Below, in pieces: positions 6,036-6,394 of a DNA stretch of 6,394 bases. Where the stretch lies: NCBI GenBank assembly GCA_023136205.1, contig JAGLRQ010000162.1:1-6394 (forward strand), written 5' to 3'. Below the pieces are notes generated by a model. It saw nothing but the letters and a program-made list of their open reading frames with translations. It had not been told where the DNA came from and did not search any database. Position 1 is the stretch's first letter. The number at the start of each line of letters is the position of its first letter. The stretch is from Candidatus Auribacterota bacterium (lineage in GTDB: Bacteria > Auribacterota > UBA6266). The translations under genes and the position numbers were made by a program.

Positions 6036-6124
6036 TATTTCGCGTCGTGCGTGATGTGTCGTGAGTATTGAGTAAGATAATTATAAAAAAATATAAAAAA
6101 AAACGCAATACGCATCACGAAATA
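6036..6124 (+). repeat. Interrupted inverted repeat flanking an A-rich segment in the fadD-metX spacer
   Basis: The left arm is TATTT(CG) 6036-6042, CGTGATG 6050-6056 and GTATTG 6065-6070. These are complementary, in hairpin order, to CAATAC 6106-6111, CATCACG 6113-6119 and (CG)AAATA 6118-6124. The left arm carries extra 7-8 nt bulges. The loop is about 35 nt and mostly A/T. Confidence 0.5.
6068..6097 (+). promoter_or_regulatory. Candidate sigma-70-type promoter for metX
   Basis: TTGAGT (6068-6073), an 18-nt spacer, then TATAAA (6092-6097). This would place the transcription start close to the ACGCAATAC block at 6103. It is a pattern match only, in AT-rich DNA where such matches are common. 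Confidence 0.3.
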
Positions 6125-6154
6125 CTATATACTTTTCTTCGGATACGATATACT
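6103..6154 (+). promoter_or_regulatory. ATAC-repeat upstream element (copy B), 17 nt before the metX start
   Basis: ACGCAATAC (6103-6111) is followed by ATAC at 6108, 6122, 6129, 6143 and 6150, giving spacings of 14, 7, 14 and 7. ATACTATATACT (6122-6133) and ATACGATATACT (6143-6154) are 11/12 identical direct repeats whose starts are 21 nt apart. Confidence 0.5.
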
Positions 6155-6171
6155 GAATAGAGGTGGTTACT

Positions 6172-6394
6172 TTGGCAAGTACTGAAAAGTCAGTTGGTTT
6201 GGTTAAAACTCAAAAATGCAGATTTGATTCTTTCAAACTGGATTGCGGCAGGACTCTGTCTCCGCTGGAAATTGCGTATGAAACCTATGGCAAACTTAAT
6301 GATGATAAATCAAATGTGGTATTGGTAATACATGCGCTTTCCGGGGACGCGCATGCGGCAGGCAAACATTCTCCTGAGGATAAAAAGCCTGGGT
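6172..6394 (+). CDS. metX: Homoserine O-acetyltransferase (MetX/MetXA), 5' part; runs off the window
   Basis: The translation [75 protein letters not shown] matches the conserved MetX N-terminus (VG.V..Q.F......G..L....IAYETYG.LN....N..L..HAL.GD.H.AG......PGW). I chose the TTG start at 6172 because GAGGTGG (6160-6166) lies 5 nt upstream. An in-frame TGA at 6154-6156 bounds the ORF, and GTG 6163 is the only alternative start. Confidence 0.85.
   Translation, partial: MASTEKSVGLVKTQKCRFDSFKLDCGRTLSPLEIAYETYGKLNDDKSNVVLVIHALSGDAHAAGKHSPEDKKPG

Noticed and set aside
6013-6171. A SAM riboswitch (S-box / SAM-II) or T-box leader upstream of metX.
   Set aside because: By eye I could not find the conserved S-box core segments (for example the GAGGGA..GGCCC..GAA.CC..GCAACC type blocks) or a SAM-II-like AAAGCU pseudoknot signature. 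The region is far more AT-rich than these elements. A covariance-model scan would be decisive.
1-6394. A search for tRNA or rRNA genes, CRISPR arrays, IS elements or transposases, integrases, and long terminal inverted repeats.
   Set aside because: The spacers are short (9-160 nt) and none has cloverleaf-compatible arms or regularly spaced 25-40 nt repeats. No ORF shows transposase or integrase motifs (DDE, or R-H-R-Y).

Overview
The window is AT-rich and gene-dense, and all eight coding regions I can support lie on the + strand. In order they are: (1) the 3' part of a Cas4/AddB-like PD-(D/E)XK nuclease with a C-x2-C-x5-C cysteine cluster; (2) a small signal-peptide protein; (3) a KDPG/KDPGal-family aldolase; (4) a 92-aa ORF matching only the C-terminal end of a DRE-TIM (HMGL-like) aldolase; (5) a full-length tagaturonate reductase (UxaB)-like protein whose cofactor and catalytic motifs are substituted; (6) a multi-pass membrane protein with an HExxH motif; (7) a FadD-like acyl-CoA synthetase; (8) the 5' part of homoserine O-acetyltransferase (metX). 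I found no tRNA, rRNA, CRISPR array, transposase or integrase. I do not see a complete, self-evident novel multi-gene system, and most of the window is ordinary metabolism. Five things deserve a second look. First, a sugar-acid gene cluster looks partly decayed or repurposed (UxaB-like candidate pseudoenzyme, aldolase fragment behind a strong SD). Second, an ATAC-repeat block opening with ACGCAATAC occurs upstream of both the membrane-protein gene and metX. Third, the fadD-metX spacer contains an interrupted inverted repeat and a Cys/Met-containing mini-ORF where a SAM riboswitch might have been expected. Fourth, a G8 homopolymer sits inside the nuclease gene. Fifth, strong and absent Shine-Dalgarno sites alternate along the gene string. 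All homology statements come from motif recognition by eye and from memory, not from a database search.
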